Below, one piece after another: positions 38,882 through 52,387 of a DNA stretch of 64,000 nucleotides. The notes under the pieces are model-generated. The model ran no database searches, had not been told where the DNA came from, and saw nothing but the letters and a program-made list of their open reading frames with translations. The first letter of the stretch is position 1. Each line of letters begins with the position of its first letter. The position numbers and the translations under genes are program-made. Location of the stretch: contig KZ538082.1 in the NCBI GenBank assembly GCA_000934665.2, forward strand, positions 1 through 64,000, given 5' to 3'. The stretch comes from Catajapyx aquilonaris. Taxonomy: Eukaryota.

Positions 38882-40707
38882 ATGCAAGCAGGCTGCTGGA
38901 GTATTTTGTTGACCCTCTGCGTGGTACTCGGTGAGTATAATTATTTTCCGCCTTTTACTTGGCCTCAGTAGATGTCTCTTTAGCCTTGAGTAAGACAATG
39001 GCCTGGTTACAGCGGCGGGTCAGCGGCGGGCGCCCAGACCTAGGGCAAGAACCAGCACCACCACAGAGAAGGCGGCTGATCTGACGGACCACTGCCCGGA
39101 ACCAAATGGTTTCTTCGCAGATGCCTACCAATGCGATCGGTACTACGAGTGCATCAATGGCACAGTCATTGACCACATATGTCCAGATGGATTTGCATTC
39201 AGCGATTATTCTATCTCTGTTGGAAAGTGCGAGTTCAAGTTCGCAGTGGACTGCAGCGACCGACCTGAATTACGTAGGTCGAATTTGCACAAACCTCGAC
39301 CTTGTTCGATACATATTTTTAAAAAGAAATGCTAGCATCTAACGGTGCATCGCAAGGTCAGGACAATGGAAGCGTGAATGTCTAGCGTACCGTTAAATCA
39401 AGTGTTTTTTTTCCTTCTCGACAGAGGTGCCTCAACCGAGCTTGCATTGCCCGAGAAAGAACGGGTACTTTCCACATGAGGAGGAACATATATGTGACAA
39501 GTTCTACTACTGCGTCGACGGAAAATTCAACGCTCTGACGTGTCCAGGAGGTCTGGTGTTCACCGACGTTACAGGAACATGCACCTGGCCCGACGAAGCC
39601 AAAAGGAAAGGGTGTTCCTCTGAAGGTGAGGGGTCACCCAGATTGACAATTTGGCCGTCCGCTTCATTAAAAAAATTTTACCCGCATCTTGAATGCAACG
39701 GAGAAGAAGCACCTTTCACTTTCGCAAAACTTGATTTTCCGACCGGATAGGTGTGGGCCCATACATCACTTTGTTACATAAGAAAGGCCAGCCAGCACTT
39801 ACCACTCAGCAGTTTCCTGCACTCAGTAGCAGTGTCCCTGCCGTTTTTGTACAAAAGGGCAAAGATAGGATAATATGCTTCTACCTTTCACCTTTCCCCT
39901 TCACTTCCTGCTTAACGGAAAAGGCCATGAAACGACATTTGAAAATGGGGTCCTCAGCTGACAACAAATCCTCTAGCGGGAAATGTCTCTTTCAGAGGTG
40001 TTTGATTTCAACTGCCCTCAACCACCTGCTGGAGCCCCAGCTAGCACTCTCATGGTGCATCCAAGGTTTCCGGATCCCAAGGACTGCCAGTTCTTTTATG
40101 TGTGCATCAACGGCAATGTTCCACGTCGCAACGGATGCAGCATCGGCCGCGTCTTTAACGAGGTCACCCAGCAGTGCGACGAACCCAAAAACGTGCCAGA
40201 GTGGTACGTAAAAGCAGGCTTTGGAAAGAAAAGAAACGGAAAAAAATGGACATGCAATCCTTCGCGTGACCCGTCTGTCTATTGCCTTCAAGTGCTTCAA
40301 AGTGGATAGCATTCCTGCTGATCACACTACTGCATTCCTGTCTGTTCAAGTTTTGCTTTCACGATTGTTTACCAGCAGCTGTAATCGTTCTGTTTGGTGT
40401 AAATTCGTAAATTTGAGAGTGCGTAATGTTAGAGAAAGTTCGGTTTTGAAAAAAAAAATTGGCCAAAAAAAAATACCCTTCAGGAATTTGGTCTGCCCTT
40501 TGCCGATTTCACTTTTAGCCACTGCCTGGCTGCTGCACACGATTAGACATGTTCTTGCAGAACTTCAAATGATGAAACGAGTTTATTTTAGACACTGATA
40601 TGTTTCTCTCTTACAGCGAAGGATGGTACAAGGGAATTTTGGACTACGACGACGACGGGAGCATCACGAAATCGGCCAAGAATCGGGCTAAGGTCAAGGC
40701 CGGTTGA
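38882..40707 (+). CDS. obst-B: Obstructor-B / CPAP3-B
   Basis: Exons 38882-38930, 39013-39273, 39425-39625, 39996-40203 and 40617-40707. Motifs CPEPNGFFADAYQCD, PQPSLHCPRKNGYF.HE..CDKFYYCVDGKFN..TCPGGLVF and VFDFNCP..HPRF.DP.DCQFFYVCING..PRRNGC. Confidence 0.93.
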
Positions 40708-41244
40708 AGGACCTTCCATCGTTAATGCATTTCCCATTACTCCTTCCCTTATATCGCACCATGTAACCTGTTGAGTAAAAAAAAAAAGAATTAAAAAACT
40801 GTTCGTAAAAACAAATATCTGTCACCTTGTTAGCAGGAAGAAGAGTATATTACACAGTGTACACAAAGCCGGTGAATTATGCTCTAAACCCCAAAGTAAG
40901 GCACCAGCTTTTCACTTTCTCCTCCCAGCAAAACTCGTTCTGACGTCACACGGACTGCTGACCCCGCTTTCTTTTACCGAACGCATCTGCGTCGTCAATC
41001 GAGGTTGTCCATTCCAGTCAATTGGCACTGGATCAGAGCTGACCTCAAGTAGCCAACTCCTCCTCCGTAAAAACCAACCCCTTACCAACCACCCCCATGG
41101 CCAAACCCCTCCTTCTCTCTTTCTCCTTTTCTTTCTCTTTGGGGCCTTTGCAAGCATAACGGGGGAGAGAAATGTGGGTCGGAAACAGTATAGAGGGATG
41201 CTGATCGTCCTCCTCAGTTTCTAGGAGGCCTTCCAGCAGTGAAG

Positions 41245-42444
41245 ATGTTTCCGAGGCCGTTCCTGCCATTTTTGCTGCTCACACAGGCGTTGGTTGCACG
41301 TGAGTAACCGGCTTTGTCTTTACAATGCTAGGTCTGAAATGGGCTTCTTACAGAGAGTGCGTTCGTGTGTCCTGAACCACATGGGTTGTACGAGGACGAC
41401 AAGCAGTGTGATAAGTACTACGAATGTATCGACCGAGTAGTACAGGTGAAGCTGTGTCATGACGGGTTGGTGTTTGACCCCGAGAGTCTCAAGTTCGAGC
41501 CGTGCGATCATCCTTTCAATGTTGATTGCGGAACCAGGCATCTGCTACGTATGTACAGTATAGCGCACAATGCAGGACAAGGCTAGAATGGTGTTATTTT
41601 TTGCAGAGGAACCACAACCTAGTGGTGTTTGCCAACGTCAAAATGGAGTCTTCCCCCATCCGGATCCGACCGTATGCAACATATTTTATACTTGCATTGA
41701 AGGAAAGGCTACCAAGATGACCTGCACTATTGGATTGCACTTTGACGAGATTAGGGGCAACTGCGTCTGGCCTGACGTGTCTGGAAGAACCGGCTGTCAG
41801 GTCAAGTCAGGTAAGATTCTTTACAGACTCATAAAAAGCAGTTTTATAAACAAAAACTTAAATATTGCAGAGGTGATTGATGGCTTCTCGTGCCCCAAGG
41901 AGCCTGTGATTGACGCCAATGGTCTCTCAATACCTCATCCAAAATTCCCCCACCCAACAAACTGCAGGAAGTTCTTCGTGTGTTTGAATGGTGTGACACC
42001 AAGAGAAAACGGTTGCTTTGAGGGAGAAGTTTACAACGCGGTCAAAGAAAAATGCGACGATCCAGAGGAAGTCCCTGAATGGTAAGTAACCCGACCTCAA
42101 TACTCAGAATTGCTTCCAGTGGCATATTTGGTGACTTAAATGGTCGTAGCCCCAATGATATGACACGACCTTGCCGGCTACTTGGAACCGAGGATTGTTA
42201 TCGGGGGTATAGCCAAGGTGACACTCTCACCTCCTAGTCACGTCCTTCTCCATGGCATTCCATCAGACTCCAGACGAAGTTTGCATACCGGAACGCCTTC
42301 AGCAGCTAATGAACTCTGTGTATAATTTTTTTATTGTCATCCCACAGTGAGGACTGGTACAAGGACACCGCTCCACCTCCTCCTGCCCCTGCTGCTGGTG
42401 GTGGTAACCGACCTGGTGGTGGCCGTCCCAATGGCCGCCGATAG
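41245..42444 (+). CDS. obst-A: Obstructor-A / CPAP3-A1
   Basis: Exons 41245-41299, 41354-41548, 41607-41810, 41871-42081 and 42348-42444. Motifs DGLVFDP..CDHPFNVDC, HPDPTVCNIFY.CIEG.A..CTIGLHFDE..CVWPD and HPKFPHPT.C.KF.VCLNG..CEDWYKD. Confidence 0.92.
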
Positions 42445-45400
42445 ACCAATGCGAAAGAGGGTGTGTGTGCAAGTGATGAATGTACGACTGTCATCAGGGA
42501 CAACGGGAGGAGGATGCAGGATCGCGTCACAAGTCACGAGGGCCTAATTTTATAATCTGTAATTTGTCGTCACAATAAAACAATTTGTGTTAAAGTACTA
42601 TGTTTACCAACTCTCGTCCCCTAAATGATGTGTCTGCACCAACAATGCCAGTGTGGAGGAATATTATGCTTGCAGGTGGATGCCAAAAATGGAATTATAC
42701 TCTTACGTATACTCTAAAACCATAAAAGAATTGAAACTTTGGGTACTGGTACTGATATAAAAATAACAGTTATGATAGCTATTAATATCAACAATGACAC
42801 TATCAATGGCGTTGTAGCGACACTACTACCCCAATTCCACAACTGGAACTGTAGTTTCAAAAGAATGTCCTACAAATTTTTTGCGTTAAAGTTACGGTTA
42901 CATTTTCCGATTAGGCCTCTTTTCTCACAAACTGAAAATTTAAAATTGGCTACTACACACAGAAAAATTAAACCTTTACGCTAATCATATGACTGACGTA
43001 AGAGCAGTGAACTGATATTGTGCAGCTCTATATACTGCGCATATTAATTATGAATTGTGAATGAACTAAAAAAGAATGGAAATTTTGGCTTCATGTTAAG
43101 TTTGTTGATGGTGTAATGCAAATACAGTATTTGAAACAATAAAATACTGTACAATAACGAAACATTATTATCCAAAATTGAAAACATTCTTGATTAGCAG
43201 AAGCCGATGTAAACAATATAGCAAAATTATGGAATAGAATAAAGCTTCTAAGATGTTACAGATTATGTGTGTTTAATACCTCCAAGAAAGTGCAAGTTGT
43301 TGAAGCAAGGGTCTTACATCCGGTTGCTTTCAAGAGGAACTAGAATAAGGTTACCAATGCGTGCGATTTACCAATGCAACATTTTTAGCAGTTAAGGAAA
43401 CTTGTTCTTGGTCCTTCTATAAAGCCATTTACACGCTTCAGCAAAGTTATACCGCAAATCTGTAACTGTATACCGGCAGTGATATTTATACGCAATAGGA
43501 TGCATTCGGGCGATGTATACCGGTAGTTTTATGCACAGCAGTGCATGAGAAAGTGTACTTTAGGAAATAAAAGTCCAACACTAATCCTCATTATCTGTAA
43601 TCATAGAAAATATTGGTCATTATTGTAATAATTATGCATAAAAGGATTATCTTTTCTCTCACCGTTGCGTTGGAGAGGTATAGGGTCTAAAATTCAGGAG
43701 GTTAATGACTCCATTCCAGAAAGATGTCGATACTGCATATGCAGCTGCAGTACAGTTGTTAATCTCGAGCCACGAATTTCAAACGCAAGGAGACATGATT
43801 TCAGTCCCAATTCATGATTCAGGAACAAAATAAGTAGGAATGGGACTCGTCTGAGAGGGGGGTATTGCAATCATGGAGATATACGTAGCCTACAGTCATA
43901 ATGACTGTACGAGTTCATAATAATCATAATTTGAATCGAATCCACTTTTTCCATAAACGTAGAATTCACAGTTACCTTTGTATAATATATTGTGGATGAT
44001 GAGATACATTGGCGCGGGGCCTTTATGGTCGGGTCGCCGTAACTCTGACACAGTTACCTAGATAAGTGTTAATATCAAAATGAGAGATTCTCTATTTTTG
44101 GCCTCATCATTTCTTCCTTGTTACATATGGACACTAGATGGTTCTAAATTTCTAATGGCCATTAGGCCTACTTGTTAAACCTTTATAATAATATATAATG
44201 CGACCCTAAGTGCCACATTCGATTTTCTAGAAAATTGTTGGGTAAAGCTCTGATTTTTTTGGAATGGCCATCTCCTCTCACGTCAGTTGTCTCACAGAGA
44301 AGTTACATTCCCTATAAAATTGTTTGAAAATAAGAGGCACAAAAGGCATAATATAATCTTCAAGTTCAAACTATATCGTAGTACCGGTACCTACAAAGGC
44401 TGTTGAGAATGACTAATCATTCTGTATTTCAGGTTTTCAATTAGTACCGTACCAAAATGCTTTCAAGGGAAGACACGTTAACATATATAAATGTCAAACT
44501 ATGAAATTACAGTTTCAAAAATAATACGACTTGTTTTAAAAAGCACCTATAAACGACCTCATTTGAAAAAGCAAACGAACAATTATTACGTTTACAAGGC
44601 CACAAAAACTCGCACATAAATCTTATAAGCTAGTTATTGCAGCCTCTATGAGTTACTCCAGCGTGAATTAATAATAGCTTAACAACCCAGTGCAGTTCTA
44701 CTGTAGCTAATTGAAATTGTTTGCCAGTCTGAATGGCATAGTGCGCACTGTAGACACACTAAAAAAAGAGGAGGCATCAAAATTATGGTACGGAACCATC
44801 ATTCACGCCTCGTCTGATTTTCGCATCCTTCTTCATCTCCGGTCCAAAAGTTGAGACTTGAGACTGTAAATGGAATAAATCTTCGCGTGATCGGACACCT
44901 TGAGCTGACTGCTCCAGTTGGCAGCTGATGTCGAGGCTATACCCCAAATGCATACAATTTTGCAGACCTTGAAAAAGGCTCTACCGGCTGGCATGTAGGT
45001 GATTCGGCAGAGTGGATTCCTCCCAGTCCACCACCCCCTAATTTAATCGTGAGCATCAAGGTCCAAGGAGGAACCCTGTAGCGTGGGGAATGACCAAGTT
45101 TCCAAGTACATAGTGGCATTGGCATCGGTGCCAACCGGAATTTCCAGCTTGCAAAATGCTATTCTATTTTTGGAGCATGCTATTTTGCACTAATGTTCCC
45201 AGCCCTTGAAAGGAACTTGGGTGGGGAGAAAACTGGAACTGAAGAAAGTTCATGAGGTTAAGAGAGAAGGCGCCTGCCCAAATAATTCCGCTACCTGCCT
45301 CCCCTGGCCCAATCAGGGTGACAAAACAACTTGCATAGTCCCGGTAGTGGGAAAGTGAAAGCCAACAACACTGCCTTTTAACAGGGTGTCCCATCAGTAG

Positions 45401-46256
45401 TTACATCTTTGGTCTACCCTCAGAAAACCCTTCAGAAGGCCCCTTCTTTCTAAATAAGGACCTGCTGGATACAACCCCACCCTCTTTGCATTCCATAGAT
45501 TATAGCAGTGCACAGTAGAATATCAATTGCTGAAGCTGGCAGAGCATGTTGAACTACATTCTCAGGTATGGTACAAACTGGCGTAAATTTCAGAGTTCAC
45601 GCGATGGTGTTATGAAGCAAGACATGGTTCGAAGCTTATTAGGAGGTATCGACATGGTCATGGCTGGATCGAAAAGTAGGCCCTGCTGGAAGCGAGTGGA
45701 ACCGGCGTGTGTGGTCATTCAACTTTCTCGGCAAGACTTGGCTGGCGTCCATCCCATTGCAAACCCCCCCCCCCCCNCCCCCCCCCCTCCTCCTCGTCTT
45801 TGAACCCGTCCCACCCCGCCAAGATTACCCGCAACCAACGCCTCTAGGGCCCGACAACATTCATTCGCAGGATAGCATTTTTTGACCGGATGGAAACATT
45901 TGCGTGTAAACTATTACATCAGTAGTTGTTTAGTAGGGGACCTGCTCACTCTCACTTTTTCCTCTGATTGGAAGGAAATGGGTCGAGCGATGCGTTGTCA
46001 CCTTCCTTTTGGAACACTTCCAGAAGGCAACCAATTGGAGAAAGAAGTTGAAGGGGGGGTTGTAGGGGAAAGGTGTTTCACTTTTCCCAGATGGTCGAAT
46101 CCTCCGACGGAGGCACTCCGATCGGCTGGGGTATGTATGAATTCACGGCCAACTGCGCACGCCAAGTGAGCTCCCAAGCGAGGCAACAGCTCCAACTAAA
46201 ACTAGGTGCCTGCCCCCGTGCACAACCATTCCTCAGGGTGACTGGCAGCGGACAAG

Positions 46257-47959
46257 ATGAAGATGCTTCTTACACTACTACTGCTGGCTCTCGCGGCTGT
46301 TGGTGAGTTATGGGCCATTCTTCTTTTAGAGTGTGGGGGACAAGCGACCTTGCTCTTGAGATGGATTGATTCTTTGCTCTTTACATTTGATGAAATTTTT
46401 TTATCGGACCATGGACATTGTTGATACCTTCGCATTTTCATTGTAGCGGACTACACATCTGATATTCTTTTCAAAAGGATGTGTTTTCTTTTATTGGCGT
46501 TGATTTGTAAAGGAGACTTCAATGATCGTATGGAGCAGTAACGTACTGTTTGCTAGGTGTTTCTTACTAGTGGGGCATCCGGCTGCTCGACATTATTTTC
46601 TCACCTGCTTGTATGCTTCATTAGTAGTATCAGGCAATCAGCTTAACTACTATGAAATACACGCCCATTGCTATCACAATCATTCTGCCAAATGTTTCAC
46701 AGTCACTTTTCGGTCAGTTGCGGTAAAGCCTTTCCTATGCACATATTACTGCTCTTTCCTTACGTGAAAATTTCATTGACATATTTTTGTGCACAAAACT
46801 TCGCATGAAAGCGCTTATGACATAATTATGTGTTTTCCTCAGGTTCATACGCCCAGTTCCAGTGCCCAGAACGTAATGGGTTCTTCCCTGATAGAAAGCA
46901 GTGCGACAAGTATTACGAATGCTTAGACAGCCACCCTGAACCCAAATACTGCCCAGACGGTCTTGCATTCGAGATCAAGAACCCCAACCACGAGAGATGC
47001 GATCTTCCATTTAACGTCGACTGTGACGGAAGGACAGAATTCCGTAAGTGTTACGTATCATTCTGGATTCTACGCAACCGTTCTGCTCTCAACCTTGCTC
47101 GGTAACGAAAAGGGACAAGCTTATTTTTGGATCCAAAACTTTCACTCGTTCCCTTGAAAGCATCACTTTCCCTTTGTGGACAAGTCTTACAAGTCAAATT
47201 GGTGGAGGTTGACAAAGAAACCGTTCCCCCCCCCCCCCCCCTNNNNNNNNNNNNNNNNNNNTTTTTTTGCTATAACATTTTATTTCCGTTCCCAGAGGAG
47301 CCTCAGTCCTCGGTTCAGTGTCCTCGTAAGAACGGCTTCTTTGCCCATGAGGACGCTCAAGTTTGCGACAAATTCTACAATTGCGTGGATGGGAAAGCGA
47401 ACGAACTGTCGTGTTCCGCCGGATTGGTTTATGAGGAAGAACGAGGTTCCTGCGTCTGGCCACAGGAGAGCACCAGGGAAGAGTGCAGGCATCCTAAGAA
47501 AGGTGAGTCACACTGACGTTTTCCAAAAACTATTGGAAATTCTTTTTCTGTGTTTGTGGTTCTTCGTCTCGCTTCATGGAGTTAACTCGGGTAATTTTGC
47601 GAGAAAAGAGAAAGCAAGGAACAAAAAAAAGAGGGTCTATCTTACAGAAAAGCTGGCCGATGGCTTTTCGTGCCCTGACGAGGAGGTGATTGGCGATAAT
47701 GGACGTGTCATACCTCATCCAGTGTACGCCAATCCTAATGATTGCCAGAGGTTTTATGTCTGCCACAACGGTGTTCAACCTCAGGAAGCAAGCTGTCCTC
47801 CAGGAACTGTATACAACGATGTCAAATTCAAGTGTGACGAGCCTGCCAACGTCAAGGGATGGTATGTCTCTTAGTCTTTATATACATGCAACTTATTACT
47901 GACAAATTTGCTTGTGTTTTAGCGAGGACTGGTTCAAGGACGAGACCAGGAGGAAATAA
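46257..47959 (+). CDS. CPAP3-A2: CPAP3-A2 (second obstructor-A-class protein)
   Basis: Exons 46257-46302, 46843-47043, 47296-47502, 47648-47861 and 47923-47959. A2-type motifs PNHERCD, CDKFYNCV.G..EL.C and KL.DGF.CPDEE.IG..GR.IPHP. The class label is from recalled insect A2 sequence. Confidence 0.85.
47243..47261. other. Assembly gap (19 N) between poly-C and poly-T runs in an intron; a single N also at 45777
   Basis: N bases in the sequence. Confidence 0.98.
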
Positions 47960-49569
47960 AGTGATGTCAAGAAGAAGACGCGAAGGAGCAGCTCTCTTGT
48001 GATTGTGTGCAGCGAGTTACTGAAATGTGCATGTGAAATCAGTTTTTCCAGATTTTTGGGACAAGTAAATATGATATTGTGACGGACAACTTATTCGACG
48101 ATGGATACAGTTGGAATCAAGGATTGTTTTGCAATAGTTGCATTCACAAATCTGCATTAAACTATTTTTTGCAACTGCCATTAGTTGGTAAATGTCTCCG
48201 AATAATTATCAATAGTGCGTAGATTGAAAACCTCACAGAATTCACCTCTTGTTCATTTTAAATCCATAGTTGCCTATTGTCTGTCATGTTTACAAATAAA
48301 ATCATGTTTTCTACCAACGTGTTTGTCAATTTCATCTGTGTTTGAAACTGCGAAAATAGAGGATACTTTCCCGCCTTATGTGGTGCACAGTAAGTATAAT
48401 GTCGCAACACATGTGTCATATTGATAGGAGAGTGAATCATGACTTTCTCTGATACTCTAGAAAAAACGGCTAATGAAAGATGGTAAGCGTCTAACTTGTA
48501 ATTTAGCTGAGGGCTAAACCTGTCTTTTCCAGTAAACAAAAATCCGCAAAATATATGCAAGTGGCAGGACTTTCACCCATAAATGAGACCGGTAAGAAAT
48601 AACTAGAAGTTCAATGACCAGGAACCAGAAGACAAGTGACATTTAAAATTGCGCAAAAAAAAAATCCCTGCATATAATCGGTGAACTACTCTACCTTGCC
48701 ACAACATCCGAGGTGAATAAAATAGCATTGAGGCAAATGACCCAAATGCTAGAGGCCTTCAGTAACAAAATAGAACAGAAGGTGTTTCCCATCGAAAATC
48801 GCTTTAGTGCATTGTATTGAAACAATTGGCGCAATCAAACTTATAGGCCGATACAAATAAGACCTGTGCTGCCGTATAGTATATGAAGGGTGTTGGCATC
48901 CGAAAGTGGGCCGTCCGCCTTCGAGGACAGGTTTGCAGAGGAGAGAAAGGAGTGCTAACATAACGGTTTTTCGATATTTCGACCGGGAGTTACTAAGTAG
49001 CAATATTGCCAAAGGGGGAGATTCTTCAAAAATAAGCGGTGACAAATATGAGGTTAAGAAACAAACCTCATTGTTGGAAATTTGAAGACACTGCTAATTG
49101 TTTCTTTGTCCTCCGACCTTGTGGTCGTGACAGTCATCCTTCGGCGACACTGCTGACAAATTCGCACCTTTGGCCAAGAGGCTGTTACGGTGGTTAGCTC
49201 AAATCTGCAAAAGACAACTCCGGAACTACCAAGATCTGGTGACCTCCCTTAGGGGGGAAAAGTGCGTGTTAATGAAGAAATTATGTTCTTAGGATAAGCA
49301 CGGATGACCCTTTCTGGGGCGAAGAGTCGAACTGGACTGCAAGTTGCTCTCAGGATTTATTGTGCTAGTGATTGTGGTTGGTTGTGGTTGGTGATTGGCA
49401 TCCGGAACAGTTGGATCTGACGATTGAAATAGCACGAGGAAACGCCACTTGGGGGCATTGGTGAGGCACTGCTGCGGAGGTTGGTCCAAGGAGGCAGACA
49501 GCTGATATCAGACATCGTGCTCACTGGTCTTACACTTGGCTCACATATTGCACAGGACACTGTGCAACC

Positions 49570-51304
49570 ATGGCCTTCACATTGGTGCTCACTCTGGCTC
49601 TTCTGGGCTATGGTAAGTTAACTACCATCTACCTGCTTAATACATTTCATACAAAAAAAGTCGGCCAAATTGATAACTCGTTGTAATTAATGAATTACAC
49701 AACCGGCATTATGATAATGATAATGTTATAACACCCACCCAGAAGGCCTGTGAATAACCTCATAACGCCTTTTAAAACTCATTGTCTTATGAATGGCATA
49801 TTTTAGACTCGTCATCACATCACCATATGGCTTTCACTTTTGAGCCTTTTAAGCAACTCACACGCCTGTAAAGAGGACCAACCTGAAAAAAGTAGCACCC
49901 TGCCAATAATTACCTGCCTCTTCAAAAACCAATATTGCCTTTCCAAAACTACTCTCGAGCTAGAGAAAAATGTGCAAATATCTATTTAAGACAATAAAAA
50001 AAGATACCCGCGGCTGCTCGGTCTGGTTTCCTCACCGACCTGTTGGCCTAGCTTCCAAGGCCTCACTTGGGTGTGTCTTGTAGTCCACCGTTTCTCTTTT
50101 TCTCTTTCTCTCGGTCCCTTTACGCAGATGTTAATTTAACTACAGAGTAATTATGCTAATATGGCCACGATTTACAGCACGGGTTCTGGTACTTTGTGCG
50201 AGCAAAATTGTGTTATTTTAGTTTAAGATAGTCTTGATTGCTGACGCAAGGAAAAAAAACAGTTTTTTGTCGCCTTGCGTGATTGTCAGCCATATATCGC
50301 AATGATCAGTCACACAGAAAACTTCCTGTAATCATTGTATAGTCTATGTAAATTATGCAGGTGCCTGCGATGACCATTACACAATTTATGGCGCTGATAC
50401 TGATACAAGACACTAATAATTTATTATCGGGATTTCAAAATTAGCAACAAATAATTTGAATAAAATTGTGCCTAAAATCAACGGTTTATTTTCAGTTCAT
50501 GCTCAGTATGGATTGCAAGGCTGCCCCGAGCAGCACGGCCTGCAGCTATACCCTCACGAGTCATACTGTGACCACTTCTACAAGTGTGCCAATGGAACTC
50601 TAACTCTGGAAATATGCGAGAATGGTCTTCTCTTTGATGGCAAAGGGGCAGTACACAACCACTGCAACTATCACTGGGCTGTACACTGCGGAGAACGCAA
50701 ATACGAGCGTAAGCACTGTTTTAAAATTGTACCGCAACAATGACTGAAAACGCCACTCTTGTTACAGTCGTCGCCATTTCTTCTCCCGGATGCGAATTCC
50801 AATTTGGAATCTACCCTATCGACCACGGGTGCCACACCACCTACCACAAATGCGCCTATGGGATTCCATATGAGCACCCATGCGAGCCCGGCCTAGCCTA
50901 CGACCACAAAACCCACTCTTGCAATTGGCCCGACCTTCTCTTGGACATATGCGACCCTGAATGTAATGTTTGCCATGACTTGTGCTATTATTCGTATTGA
51001 CTGCTGTTGTCCTTTCCAGCCGTTGTGGGTTTCAAATGCCCAGATAAGATCCCACCTCATAGTCCATCTAGAAAGTTTCTGCCTTTCCCTCGATTCCCGA
51101 TCCAAGGAAGCTGCGACCAGCTGATCACATGTGTGAATAAGTATCCGCGTCTTATCACGTGCGAACATGGAAAATTCGTGGACCAACACAGTCTTACTTG
51201 TCTGGATGCTGACGAAGTGCCGTCATGGTAAGTTCGTCTGCTGTGTAATGGTTATTGTTAGGTTGTAATATGTTTTGTTCATTTTCAGCGCCGGCAAGAA
51301 GTAA
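49570..51304 (+). CDS. Peritrophin-A: Peritrophin-A / obstructor-D / CPAP3-D1
   Basis: Exons 49570-49612, 50496-50708, 50768-50962, 51020-51227 and 51289-51304. Motifs NGTLTLE.CENGLLFDGKGAVHNHCNY.WAV, CEFQFG.Y, GLAYD...CNWPD.L and VVGFKCP..FPRFP..C..LITCV..PRLI.C. Confidence 0.94.
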
Positions 51305-52387
51305 GCTCGAGTGTTGAGCCGTTCCATCACTGCTGTAATTTGGGAAAATAAATCTCGGGGCTTACTGGGAATTGGGTTTCTAAACAATTCCCTTTTATTG
51401 CTGCTAATATTTTATTTACAGGCATGATTGTCCATTGGACAGAACAAGCGTGCTCAACTAATCGAAGCTATAAGGCCATCGTACCGTATAGTTATATGAT
51501 GACTCAGTCTAACTGGAATTTTTGTACCTTTCCAGGAAGACAAACCTCCTGTATTGTGAAGTGTACATATTTTGCTACACTTTTAAAATGGGGCCATGAA
51601 TTGGGTTTAAAATGTTACCTGTATAATCTGTATCATTATTCCTGGCAATATGGTCAATAGGGCATGGGTTAAATTCTATGAACTGAACAATGCACAATTA
51701 CAGAAAATGCTGCTAGAAAATGTGTCCATCTAAAATGTGTACCAAAAAATTACTCCTAGATCTTTTCACGACCCACTAGCCAGTATAGCTACATACACTT
51801 TATAATCAGTGTCATATTATCCAACAGTCACTGAGGCGCTGAAATTTGGAACACAAAATTATGCCAAATATGTTTCTTACATAGTTTAATAGGATAGTAT
51901 AGCGTAACGTGTTTTTGAATTTTAATATCGACCACACATTCGAATGAAAAATAATATTCCGTAAGGTTTCAGATTTTAGGAAGTAGGTTAGGCATCTGTT
52001 GAATTTACTATAATTATAATAGTTGATAAGACATTCTGCCTCATATGCTATCTCGCCGGGTATTCGTTGCTACATTCTTAGTACGATTCACACGACTTCT
52101 TTCTTCTTGACATTCCATGTTACCCAAAACGCATAGTACAACGTAAGACAAAATTCACACACATTAACATAAATGATCTACAGCTTGTCAAACTCATTAT
52201 AAATCATTTTGTTCATCCTAAATTCAATTACATGGACACTCTCAGTCCATGTTAAATAATAACCTGTCCATTCTTCAACAAATAATAATAAAACATAGAT
52301 GAAAACTAGAAAATCGAAAGAAGACGACTGTTTCCCTTCGATCAGGTAAAGGGGTTCAATTGGTGTGTGTCATCCTCCTCCTCCTCC

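Noticed and set aside
42120..42236. Possible alternative last exon of obst-A (CGIFGDLNG...)
   Set aside because: It would require an intron of about 37 nt and has no family similarity.
45764..45790. Poly-C tract read as poly-Pro or a G-quadruplex
   Set aside because: Homopolymer containing an N; length unreliable and no coding context.
51305..52387. Possible 3' UTR overlap between convergent D1 and D2
   Set aside because: Minus-strand AATAAA occurs near 51394-51416, but ATTAAA variants near 51885-51925 could end D2 earlier; undecidable without transcripts.
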